In this document: in pieces, positions 26,621 through 37,184 of the stretch
Numbering within the stretch: position 1 is the first letter of the stretch
How the letters are laid out: every line of letters begins with the position of its first letter
Made by a program: the position numbers and the translations under genes
Notes under the pieces: generated by a model
The model's input: only the letters and a program-made list of their open reading frames with translations
Told to the model about the DNA's origin: nothing
Database searches by the model: none
Source: Planctomycetota bacterium
GTDB taxonomy: Bacteria > Planctomycetota > UBA1135 > UBA2386
NCBI GenBank assembly: GCA_947501605.1
Contig: CANMWZ010000029.1
Coordinates: 1-52,007 of the forward strand
Direction: 5' to 3'
DNA: 52,007 nucleotides

Positions 26621-28756
26621 TCAGGGCAACTTCCTCCGGTCCAACGCGATCTGCAGCCAAGGATTGGCCGCAGCGAGCAGCTGAAAGGGAACCCCCATCG
26701 CCGCGGGCAACTCGCGCTCGAGCAACACCTCGGCTCGCTTCTGCCAAAGGCCGCTGCGTGCCGTGTCGTCGACGAGTTCCACCGCCAGAAGAAAGGCGCC
26801 GATCAGCGTGCGGTCATTTCCGGAGCGATCCTCCGACAACGCCGCAATGCTGTATCGGCTCGGGTCCTTCGCGCTGACGAAGGTTTTCGGGCCAGTGCCG
26901 TCGAGCCACGCGGAAGTCGCCATGACATCGGCGATGCGCGCAACGAGCGGCACGAGATCGGCCGAGCCCGTCGCGCGATGCAGCGCCGCCAGTCCACGGA
27001 GCAGCGCTGCCATCTGTGACGTCGTATCGAACTCACTCTCCCCATCGAGCACGAGCGGGTGCGGCGGTTGCGGGAGGACGGCCGCGCCGCCGAGCGACGC
27101 GAGCGACTTCGGCAGCACCTGCAGCGCGTGATCGAGCAACGCCTGCGCCAGCGCATCGTCGCCGGTAGCCATCGCGCAAAGGGCGCCGGCTTCGAGACAA
27201 CGCCCCTCGCCACGACCAGTGCGGAACTTCGCGGTGGCGAGCATCGCGAGCACCGAGGCGCCGACTCGGCGCATCTCATCCCGCGCCACTTCATCGCCAG
27301 TCAACCACCAGGCATCGAACAGCAACTGCGCCGAGCAGTGCTCATAGTCGAGTCGAGGCCACCCATGCGGCACGTCGAACATCCGCGCGGGCAGGCCTGT
27401 GCGATACGCGGCGGTATCGGCAGGCAGACGCGTCGCCCGGCCGCCGGTTGGGCGCAGCGAGTGCTGCAGCACCATGCCCTCGGCGACGTTGAGCAGCGCG
27501 GCGCTGCGCCACCGCAGGACGTTGTGCAACAGGGAATCGCCGTGGCGCTGCCCGCCGCCCAGGCGAGGGTCCTCGGGCTCGCCATAGCCGCCCCACAAGC
27601 CAAGGCGCGCGTTGTGCCGCCAGATGGCGATCTGCCGGTTGTCGTCGCCCTGATCCGCTCCGCTCACCGGCGCCGGGCCGCCGAAGGCACCGAACGCGCG
27701 TGAACGCCGCACCGCATCGAGAGCGGCAAACGCCACCATGCGAACCGGCGCCCAGGTCGCCGCCTCACGTTCGTCTGGGCCGAGCTCCGGCGCATCCGCG
27801 AACAAGTGCACCCGGAACATCTTCGCCGTGCCGTCACCGAGGTAGTTCGCCGCGGGCCGCACCAGTTCTTGCACCGCTGTCCGACCGTCGCGAACGATCG
27901 GTGCTGGCATGAGTTGTTCGCGGGCGAACCGCGGCACGAAGCGCACTTGCGGATCGTCGAAGCAGACACGGAACGAACGAAAGCGCAGCGGCCCGAGCGG
28001 GCCAACCGCGGGATCGACGTTGTCGAGAGCAAGCGTCAACTCGGCGCGGCGATCACCAACAGAGGTCACCAGCCACGCTCGCAGGTCGAGCAGCGGCCTC
28101 CCGGCGGCAGCGCCGGCAACCAGACGAAACGTCGAACGGAACCGCTGCACGCGAATGAGGCCTGAATCCGACAGCACGCCAGCGCGGCCCGCGGTTTCGT
28201 CGGGCACGAGGTCGGCGCGCAACGTACGGCCCCACGGGTCGACCAACTCGGTCCACATCGGCAGCACGGCCCAGGCTGGCATCGCTGCAGCCGCAGACGA
28301 GGCGGCTGCGGACCCCGGCGAGTTTGCGGCGACCTCGGCAGGCGGCATGGACTCGACGAAGCCAGAAGAGGCAACGCGAGCGCGCACGACCACGGTTCGC
28401 GTGGCGCCTGCCGCCACCTCGAGGCGAACATGAACGGCGAGCACCGCCACCGAGCCGTCGGGCCAGCAGAGGAGCGGTAGGGCCGGCGCGCGACGCGCGG
28501 TCTCGGGCTGCACCTCGCCAGCGCTCGTCTCGTCGAACACGTCGACTGCGAACGGACCCGCACCAGGCGGCAGCTTCAGCGCACCCCGCGAAAACGGCAC
28601 CGACGCGGCGACCACTCGGTGCTGCTTGATGCCAGCGGGATTGACCACGCACACGCGCACGTCCAGCGCCGAGGGCCCCTGCGCCAGCAGCATCGCCTGC
28701 GCAAACGCTGCGGCTACCACCATCCGGATTCGCGGCATCGGCGCATTGGCGCGCAT
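26621..28756 (-). CDS. Large secreted protein, N-terminus resembling the PcRGLX/YetA-like (exo-rhamnogalacturonan lyase-like) fold
   Basis: Signal ...VVAAAFAQAMLLAQ; SVPFSRGAL...WPDGSV motif; helical C-terminal half (AWWLTGD, RGEGRCL, LHRATG). Confidence 0.55.
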   Translation of the reverse strand: MRANAPMPRIRMVVAAAFAQAMLLAQGPSALDVRVCVVNPAGIKQHRVVAASVPFSRGALKLPPGAGPFAVDVFDETSAGEVQPETARRAPALPLLCWPDGSVAVLAVHVRLEVAAGATRTVVVRARVASSGFVESMPPAEVAANSPGSAAASSAAAAMPAWAVLPMWTELVDPWGRTLRADLVPDETAGRAGVLSDSGLIRVQRFRSTFRLVAGAAAGRPLLDLRAWLVTSVGDRRAELTLALDNVDPAVGPLGPLRFRSFRVCFDDPQVRFVPRFAREQLMPAPIVRDGRTAVQELVRPAANYLGDGTAKMFRVHLFADAPELGPDEREAATWAPVRMVAFAALDAVRRSRAFGAFGGPAPVSGADQGDDNRQIAIWRHNARLGLWGGYGEPEDPRLGGGQRHGDSLLHNVLRWRSAALLNVAEGMVLQHSLRPTGGRATRLPADTAAYRTGLPARMFDVPHGWPRLDYEHCSAQLLFDAWWLTGDEVARDEMRRVGASVLAMLATAKFRTGRGEGRCLEAGALCAMATGDDALAQALLDHALQVLPKSLASLGGAAVLPQPPHPLVLDGESEFDTTSQMAALLRGLAALHRATGSADLVPLVARIADVMATSAWLDGTGPKTFVSAKDPSRYSIAALSEDRSGNDRTLIGAFLLAVELVDDTARSGLWQKRAEVLLERELPAAMGVPFQLLAAANPWLQIALDRRKLP

Positions 28757-28803
28757 GACCAATCGGTTGGCAAGAGCCTGCGCAGCGACTCCGGGCCCGC
28801 TGG

Positions 28804-29238
28804 CTACTTTGGCGGTGCCCCGGCAGCGGGCGCCTTCGGCTTCCCGGCGGACCAACGGCCTAGTCCCGGCGGCCGCGAGTCGAGTACCACGGGCAACTCG
28901 TTGCCAGGGCCACCGACCTCGATCCGAAGCCGTTCCGGCGTTTCCTTCCACACCGGCGCCCGCCGCCACAGGATGTCGGTGGTGCTCTTCGCCAGTTGGT
29001 CGCGGGGAACACCCGCACGCGCCGGCAGGCGGACCAGCATCGTGAACTCGCCGTCAACATCCAGGGTCGACACCTCGACCGTGCCGTCGAGGTTCGAGTC
29101 CAGAAGTTCCTGCAACTCGATGGCCAGCGGCGAGCGCGAGCGCTCGGTCTTCACGCCGAGCAAGTGGTGCATCATGAAACTCAGTGCCACGCACCCGATG
29201 AGGCCCATGGCAGCGACGACGTAGAGCGACTTGGACAC
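28804..29238 (-). CDS. Hypothetical single-TM protein
   Basis: TM segment LYVVAAMGLIGCVALSFMM followed by a soluble domain. Start uncertain. Confidence 0.55.
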   Translation of the reverse strand: MSKSLYVVAAMGLIGCVALSFMMHHLLGVKTERSRSPLAIELQELLDSNLDGTVEVSTLDVDGEFTMLVRLPARAGVPRDQLAKSTTDILWRRAPVWKETPERLRIEVGGPGNELPVVLDSRPPGLGRWSAGKPKAPAAGAPPK

Positions 29239-29501
29239 GAGGATCCTGTCGGCATTCGACCGCCTCGGGCTTGGGCCGCACTTCGCAGAGGGTTGGGCCG
29301 CAACGGCAGCAGGAGAGGCCGAAAGGACGAATTGCACCCCGCGGCAGGGAGACACCATGGGATCGCGACCGACAGCGCCACGCCAAGCGCGGCCAGGATC
29401 CTCGACTACTTTTTTTGCCGTGACGCCCATTGCCTTGGCCCACGGCCATGGTATGCAAACTGCCCTCGCGCTCCCGCGCGCTTCCCTTCCAGCAAGCCAT
29501 C

Positions 29502-29849
29502 ATGGGTAAGTCCGTCACCTGCAAGGAATGCAGTAAGGTGTACCGCGAGCTCGACGAGCTCGAGGACCTGCGCGACAACGACAGCGTCTGCCTCGTGTGC
29601 AACAACACGATCGAGGTCGCCGACTGGGACCGAATCCTCGCGTCCTTCGAGGACGACGAAGGTGACGTCGACGATCTCGACGACGAAGACGACTGGGACG
29701 ACGACGACGAGGACGAGGACGAGGACGAGGATGACCTCGAAGCCGGCGAAGAAGTCGAAGAAGAAGTCGAAGAGGACGACGTCGAGGAGGAGGAAGACGA
29801 TGACGACGATGACGACGAAGAGGAAGAAGAGGAAGTGAAGGACGACTGA
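29502..29849 (+). CDS. Small Zn-ribbon protein with highly acidic C-terminal tail
   Basis: MGKSVTCKEC-x19-CLVC followed by ~65 residues that are almost all D/E. Confidence 0.85.
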   Translation: MGKSVTCKECSKVYRELDELEDLRDNDSVCLVCNNTIEVADWDRILASFEDDEGDVDDLDDEDDWDDDDEDEDEDEDDLEAGEEVEEEVEEDDVEEEEDDDDDDDEEEEEEVKDD

Positions 29850-29898
29850 CCGAAAGGTCGTCCCTCGCGCGCTGCCGCGGCGCGCCCTCCGTCGTCGC

Positions 29899-30006
29899 AT
29901 GCTTCCTGCCCTTGTGGGCCTCCTGCTTGTGGGCCTCGCCTGGGTCGCTCTGCGCTATTACCGCCCTGGTCGAAGGCGAGCAAGGTGGGCAGCTCAAAGG
30001 CCGTAG
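29899..30006 (+). CDS. Possible 35-aa single-TM small protein
   Basis: Manual translation MLPALVGLLLVGLAWVALRYYRPGRRRARWAAQRP*; below the ORF-track size cutoff. Confidence 0.3.
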   Translation: MLPALVGLLLVGLAWVALRYYRPGRRRARWAAQRP

Positions 30007-30308
30007 TGCGGCCGTGCTGCCTTGCAGCTTCCCCGCGTTGACGCACGGCGACTGCCACTACGCCCCTCTGCACCGCCCGGCGAAGTGAGTGGCCATCGGG
30101 CTCAGCGGCCTCGCGTTTGCCCCCAGAGGCGCGCCAACTTGTCAGAGCTTCGGCGCCCATGTCTGCCATCCTGACATCGCTAGCGACTTGCTGCCGATGC
30201 CTGATTCGGCGCATCTCGCCGTTTCAACGCAACTTGTGGCGGTCGCTGGGGGCGGCATGACCGTTGCTTTCGCGCGGCCCCGCCACCTTCGATTCCCGAC
30301 ACCGCCGT

Positions 30309-30824
30309 ATGCAGCAGAGCTTCCGAGTGCTCCTTGTGGAGGACGACGACTCGCTCCGGGTTTGCCTGGGCGAGTTCCTCGCCGACCACGGCTGGGACGT
30401 GGGTCTCGCAGCTAGCGGTCCTGAGGCGATCGAGCTGGCGCTGCGCCAGCGGTTCGACTTCTCGATCCTCGACTTCCACCTACCCAACGGCACCACCGGC
30501 CTCGACGTGTTCCGCCGCCTCTGCGCCCTACGTCCCTTGCCCGCGATCCTGATGTCGGGTGCCGCCAACCGCGATGAGGCCACCCTCGCGCTGCAGGCTG
30601 GGATCTTCACGTTCCTGCGCAAGCCACTCGACCTCGACCGCCTCCGGCAGTCGGTGCACCTGTTGATCAGCCACCACTTTGGCGGCCCACTTGGCTTCCC
30701 GGTAGCCCCGGTCCAGATGGCGTCGGCCCGACCGATCGCACCCGCGCTCCCTCGGCCCAGGATGCCCCGCATCTTGCGCCGCTACCGGCCCCAGTCCCGC
30801 CCGCCCGAAGGACCGCCGAGTTGA
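30309..30824 (+). CDS. Response regulator receiver-domain protein with Pro/Arg-rich tail
   Basis: VLLVEDD, ILDFHLP (phospho-Asp), ILMSG, FLRKP; no recognisable output domain. Confidence 0.88.
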   Translation: MQQSFRVLLVEDDDSLRVCLGEFLADHGWDVGLAASGPEAIELALRQRFDFSILDFHLPNGTTGLDVFRRLCALRPLPAILMSGAANRDEATLALQAGIFTFLRKPLDLDRLRQSVHLLISHHFGGPLGFPVAPVQMASARPIAPALPRPRMPRILRRYRPQSRPPEGPPS

Positions 30825-30920
30825 ATCGCACCTCGCGCGATTGCCGCACCTCGCGGAACCGCTCGACCTCGCCCTTCCGAACCAACACTCCCTAACCCCC
30901 TGAACTAGAGGACCACTGAG

Positions 30921-31226
30921 ATGGCCAAGACCAAGTCTGCCACCGTCACCCCCATCGGCGACCGCGTTCTGATCAAGCGCGTGGAAGCTGACGAGAAGAC
31001 CAAGGGCGGCATCATTCTGCCCGACACCGCCAAGGAGAAGCCGCGCGAAGGCGTCGTAATCTCCGTCGGCACTGGCAAGCTGCTGGAGAACGGCACGCGC
31101 CAGCCCATGACGGTCAAGCCCAAGGACCGCGTCCTCTTCTCTTCCTACGCCGGCAGCGAGATCAAGCTCGACGGCGAAGAACTCATGATCCTCGGTGAGG
31201 ATGAAATCCTCGCCGTGATCGAGTGA
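30921..31226 (+). CDS. groES: Co-chaperonin GroES
   Basis: PIGDRVLIK, TKGGIILPDTAKEKP, YAGSEIK. Confidence 0.97.
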   Translation: MAKTKSATVTPIGDRVLIKRVEADEKTKGGIILPDTAKEKPREGVVISVGTGKLLENGTRQPMTVKPKDRVLFSSYAGSEIKLDGEELMILGEDEILAVIE

Positions 31227-31261
31227 CCCACCCCGCCGTCAACGACACAAGGAACTGAACC

Positions 31262-32932
<1,671 letters not shown>

Positions 32933-32977
32933 GGAAGCACCCGGTCGACCACGACCGGGAAGGCCCTTCGTTCCCTG

Positions 32978-33016
32978 CCGGAGGCCCGGTTGCGCACTGC
33001 GCAGCCGGGCCTCCGG
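32978..33016 (+). terminator. Strong hairpin, probable (possibly bidirectional) terminator after groEL
   Basis: CCGGAGGCCCGGTTGCGC-ACT-GCGCAGCCGGGCCTCCGG followed by TGCTTTGT. Confidence 0.7.
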
Positions 33017-33080
33017 TGCTTTGTGGAAGACCCGCGCGCGGCCTCTGAGCTCTAGAGCTCAGAGCTCACGGCTCGCAGCC

Positions 33081-35993
33081 TCACGGCACGAACAGGTTCC
33101 GCCACGCGTTCGACACCGCGAACACCCCGCTGCTGTCCTGCGTGATCGTTTGACCCCACAGGTAGACTCCGAACGGCGGCGCTGGCGGCGTCGTGAACGC
33201 ACCCGACCAGTTGCCACTGCCGTCGGTGATGCCAAACACCGTGAACAGGTTGCCGCCCGCCAAGATCGGCGGCACGCCGGGGAACAACAGCGGGCCAGGA
33301 GTGTCGCCGAGCACGACGAGGAAGATCTGCGAAGGCGGCGTGGTCACCTGCAGCGACAGCGGCGAGCCCGCCTGCGCCTGCTCGGGCGACAGCGCCATGC
33401 GCACGGGCACCGGCACCGGTTGGTCGAGCGTGTAGAGCTCGATGTCGTCAAGGTTCCAACCGCCGAAGGCCGTCGTGCCGTTGCCGCGCAGACGGAACTC
33501 GACCACGACGCTCGGATTGTTCGACGCTGGCGAGAGGCCGATATCCAAGGTCGACCAACCGGTCTCTGACGTCACCGTGAACGGGCTCTGCCACACCATG
33601 CTGCCGTTCAAACGGATGTCGGCGAAGTCGACCGGACCAGCGACGCTGAGCCAGCGCTTGCAGCGCAGACGCACGTTCGTCACGCCCGTGCAGTCGATCG
33701 TCGGCGAACGAAGCCACGTCTCCGAGGGAGCGGAGTAGGCGCCCTCTCCGGACGAGCCGAGGTCTGTGCCCGCGCACTGCGTGCCGGACCACGCGGCCGC
33801 GGGGTCCGACCAAGAACCGCCACTGCTGCCCGCAGGCGCGCCGATCTGCCATTCGTCGAGGCCGCTGACCGCGCCGTGCGTCCAACCAGGGCCACCCAAC
33901 TCGAAGTCCTCGAAAAAGACGCGCTTCTCGGCGCGCGTGGTGACGAAGTACTCGCCGGTCACCGGCATGCGCAGGACCGCGCCGTTGCTGTGCACGGCCT
34001 CGACGTGGTAGGTCTGGCTCTGCGGCGCCAGTTGGCCCGGCAGCAACGCATGCCAACGGTCGGGTACGCCGGTCGGGATCATGTTGCGCTGCCGCGCTTG
34101 GCCGTCGTTCCAGTGCAGCCGAACCTGCGTGAACGCGCCGGAGAACGGGGTCGCCACGACCTCGAGGCGACGTGGGACCAGTTGCTCGGTCGTCGATCCG
34201 ATCGACGCGTGCTGGAGCGCACCGGCCTGGATCGCTGGATACGGCAGGCTGTGTTGCGTGCACGCGTTCGCGAGCGCCGCGTGGTTGGGCGTGCCGTTGG
34301 CGAGGTTGCCGTCATCGTCATCGGCCTGGAACGCCGCGACCACGGCATCGGCCTGGTTGTTGGCCGCAGCGACGATCGACGCGAGCACGACGTCGTTGCT
34401 GATCGCAACGGCCTGCGTGGTGCCGAGGCTCGCGCGCAGGTTCTGGCGGAACTTCCAGGCAAAGCCCATCCACGACTCACCCTGCGCGTGCGGGCCACCA
34501 CCGTTGGGATACTGCTGCGCGTTCGTGCCGGTGCGAATGCCACCACCGCCGACGAAGAAGTCGTGGCCGATCGTCGGATCGTCGAGCAGATACATGCTGC
34601 AGACGTCGCCCCAGCCTTCGCTGAGTCCGTTCGTCTGGCTGATGCCGCCGTAGAGATCGTCGAGGCCGTGGCCCCACTCGTGCGCGATCACCGACGCACC
34701 CGAGGTGTTGTTGCAGCCGCCGCCGGACGCGTAGAAGTTGATCGAGTTGCCCGTGTAGTAGGCGTTGCACGCGCTGGCGATGTTGACCGTCGGCACGACG
34801 TTGTCGGCGATCGCGAGCTGCGGCGAGTTGCCGAGCACGCTGCGCGCGAAGCGATTGACGCGGTCGGTCCAGTAGTAGGTCGTCGTGTGCGCGAGCAGAT
34901 CCTCGGCCGAACCCGAGTTGCCGAACGTGAAGGTCGCGTTCGTGCCGGGCTGCAACGTGCGCGTCGCGGTCGGCGCGCCCGGGCCGTTGACGAGGCTCGT
35001 GTGCTCGCCGCGCAAGCTCGCGGTGACCTGCACGGACGCCGTAAGGTCGACCGTGAACTGGCCGTTCACGTCGGTCACGAACGTGCCGACGCCAGGGAGC
35101 TGCACTTCGACCCCGGGCAGCACCACGTTGGTCGGCGTCGACGCCGGCGAGAACGCCGTGTGGGTGAAGCCGCGAACTGTGAACGTGGTCGGCACGGGCA
35201 GCGCCTTCGCCGCGGGCTCGCCATGTGCGCCGCCGCCGCAACCGGCGAAGCCGCATTCGTGCTTGTCGCTGACGAACTGCAGCAGCGCACCAGAACTCGC
35301 ATCGACGAAGGCGCGGCCGATCGGGCCGTTGCCCTGCGCATCGACGGCGCGGATCTGGATCTCGAAAGCGAGGTGCAGCGCCTTCTCGCGCGGCCCCTGT
35401 TGGTCGCCCCAGATCACGAGGCGGGGGGCGCGCGCCTTGCCAGGCTGCGGCACGGTCTGCGGCTCGATGCGGGTGAGCGCCCACGCACGCAGGGTCGCCT
35501 CGTCGTCACCGAGCACCGGCACCGTCGCGAAGTTCTCTGGCACGGGCCAGAACGTGCTGCCGAGGTGGACGAGCTTGCCGTTGCCGTGCACGCGCACATC
35601 GATGCGGCCGCCGACGACGGGCAGTCCGGCGAACCACTGGTCGAACGCGAAGGTGTAGGTGCGCCCCATGCGCGCGCCGATGACCTCGCGGAACTCGGAA
35701 GCACCGACGCCGAGGAGGGCTTCATGCGCAGCGATCGCCATCTGTGCGTGTCGCCGCGCCTCGACGAGCGAGTTCTCACGCCAGTCCGCGAGCTCGAGGC
35801 CGGTGCCGAAGACGGCGCTCGGCGTCCCGGTCGGTTCATGCCAACGGACGAGCCAGTTGGAGCCGTTCGCAGCGGCGAATTCGGCGAAGGCGGCTTCGCA
35901 GGTCGGGCTCTGCGCCGCCAGCGAGGCAGCGAGGGCGAGGAGGGAGATCCCGGCCGGCGAAGCGGCAGGGCGTGCAGGGTCACGCGGGGTCAT
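33081..35993 (-). CDS. Secreted M36/M4-like zinc metallopeptidase with propeptide and shared C-terminal domain
   Basis: Signal ...LLALAASLAAQ; FTP-like propeptide FDQWFAGLPV; CNAYY; IAHEWGH...LSEGWGD; C-terminus ...GQTITQD...VSNAWRNLFVP. Confidence 0.85.
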   Translation of the reverse strand: MTPRDPARPAASPAGISLLALAASLAAQSPTCEAAFAEFAAANGSNWLVRWHEPTGTPSAVFGTGLELADWRENSLVEARRHAQMAIAAHEALLGVGASEFREVIGARMGRTYTFAFDQWFAGLPVVGGRIDVRVHGNGKLVHLGSTFWPVPENFATVPVLGDDEATLRAWALTRIEPQTVPQPGKARAPRLVIWGDQQGPREKALHLAFEIQIRAVDAQGNGPIGRAFVDASSGALLQFVSDKHECGFAGCGGGAHGEPAAKALPVPTTFTVRGFTHTAFSPASTPTNVVLPGVEVQLPGVGTFVTDVNGQFTVDLTASVQVTASLRGEHTSLVNGPGAPTATRTLQPGTNATFTFGNSGSAEDLLAHTTTYYWTDRVNRFARSVLGNSPQLAIADNVVPTVNIASACNAYYTGNSINFYASGGGCNNTSGASVIAHEWGHGLDDLYGGISQTNGLSEGWGDVCSMYLLDDPTIGHDFFVGGGGIRTGTNAQQYPNGGGPHAQGESWMGFAWKFRQNLRASLGTTQAVAISNDVVLASIVAAANNQADAVVAAFQADDDDGNLANGTPNHAALANACTQHSLPYPAIQAGALQHASIGSTTEQLVPRRLEVVATPFSGAFTQVRLHWNDGQARQRNMIPTGVPDRWHALLPGQLAPQSQTYHVEAVHSNGAVLRMPVTGEYFVTTRAEKRVFFEDFELGGPGWTHGAVSGLDEWQIGAPAGSSGGSWSDPAAAWSGTQCAGTDLGSSGEGAYSAPSETWLRSPTIDCTGVTNVRLRCKRWLSVAGPVDFADIRLNGSMVWQSPFTVTSETGWSTLDIGLSPASNNPSVVVEFRLRGNGTTAFGGWNLDDIELYTLDQPVPVPVRMALSPEQAQAGSPLSLQVTTPPSQIFLVVLGDTPGPLLFPGVPPILAGGNLFTVFGITDGSGNWSGAFTTPPAPPFGVYLWGQTITQDSSGVFAVSNAWRNLFVP

Positions 35994-36097
35994 CGAGGGG
36001 GGAGCCGCGCGGGGCACGGCAGCAGGAACACGGACGCAGGGCAAGGATCAGAAGATCCCTCGGCACGGGGGCTGTCGAGTGGATCGAGCCGCATAGG

Positions 36098-37060
36098 TCA
36101 GGGCACCGTCATCTGGACCGCATTGGACAACACGAGGCCGTTGCCGTTCGGCGCGGCGGTGTCGAACAGGACGCTCTGCAGCGTAGCGAGCGGTCCGGCG
36201 GAAGCAGGCGGCAGCGTGCCGGTCATCGACGCCCTGCCTGCACCGTCAAGGCCGAGGAAGAAGTTCGTCGGCGTCGGGTTGATCCACGCGGTGCAGCCGA
36301 AGAGGGGCACGTTCGCGGGCCCGAAGCCGACCACGATCAGCGCGAAGGAACCCGGCACGCCGTCGGTGACCTCGATCCCGATGGTCGAGCCCGAGGCGAC
36401 GTTGCCGGTGACCCAAGTCGTCGGCCAGCGGCCGTTGCTGCCGGCGCACGCGGCGCCGTAGCAGATGGCGCCGCTCGTGGGCTGCGCGAACTCGACGTTG
36501 TCGACGTTGGTGTCGTCGGGCCCCGAACGCCACTCGGTGTTGATCAGGATGCCGCGCAGGTCGGCCAGCACTTCCATCACGTCGCCGCGCGTGGCGGCAA
36601 CGCCCTGCCAGCCGTTCACGCGGAAGCCAGCCTCGAGCAACGGCACATCGACGTGGTGCCAGACGTCGAGCGGCGGCGACGGCGCATTGAACACGAGCGT
36701 CTTGGTCGCACCGACGAGCCACACGGCCGGATAGGGCGTGGCATCCGTGAAGCGGATCTTGATGTCGTACGAGATGCGCCCGCCGAACCACGCGAGACGA
36801 TCGCCGACGAAGGCCGAAGGGGCACGCACGCCCGTCTCGCCGAAGACGTCGCCGACGCGGAGACTGCCCGCGGGCAGGCCTTCCACTCCGTCGAACGGCG
36901 CCGGCGTCGACGCACCAGTGGGCAGCACGATGTGACCGCTGTAGCTGGCGTTGACGACGTCCCAGCCGTCATTGCCACCGGTGAACGTGCTGACGATCGA
37001 TTGAGCGCTGGCGGCGGCACACAGCAACAGAGGGATACCAACGATCAATGGGAGCTTCAT
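36098..37060 (-). CDS. Secreted protein with laminin B (domain IV)-like domain and shared C-terminal domain
   Basis: Signal MKLPLIVGIPLLLCAAASAQ; RAPSAFVGDRLAWFGGRISYD...VLADLRGILIN...DNVEF; C-terminus ...LQSVLFD...LSNAVQMTVP. Confidence 0.7.
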   Translation of the reverse strand: MKLPLIVGIPLLLCAAASAQSIVSTFTGGNDGWDVVNASYSGHIVLPTGASTPAPFDGVEGLPAGSLRVGDVFGETGVRAPSAFVGDRLAWFGGRISYDIKIRFTDATPYPAVWLVGATKTLVFNAPSPPLDVWHHVDVPLLEAGFRVNGWQGVAATRGDVMEVLADLRGILINTEWRSGPDDTNVDNVEFAQPTSGAICYGAACAGSNGRWPTTWVTGNVASGSTIGIEVTDGVPGSFALIVVGFGPANVPLFGCTAWINPTPTNFFLGLDGAGRASMTGTLPPASAGPLATLQSVLFDTAAPNGNGLVLSNAVQMTVP

Positions 37061-37184
37061 AGGGAGCCTGGTTCACTTCGGCGCGCGTGCACGCGTTCGA
37101 TTGCTGCCTGACGAATCCTACATCGTCGCGAGCAGGCCGGCGTTCGCCTGCGGAACTTCCTTGGCAAGGGTGCAAACCGCACCA

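Noticed and set aside
29650..29849. GAC/GAG/GAA triplet repeats as a tandem repeat or CRISPR-like array
   Set aside because: Explained by the acidic protein tail. No repeat-spacer array or cas gene is present anywhere in the window.
33876..36461. 861-aa plus-strand ORF
   Set aside because: Antisense to the metallopeptidase; Arg-rich with no motifs.
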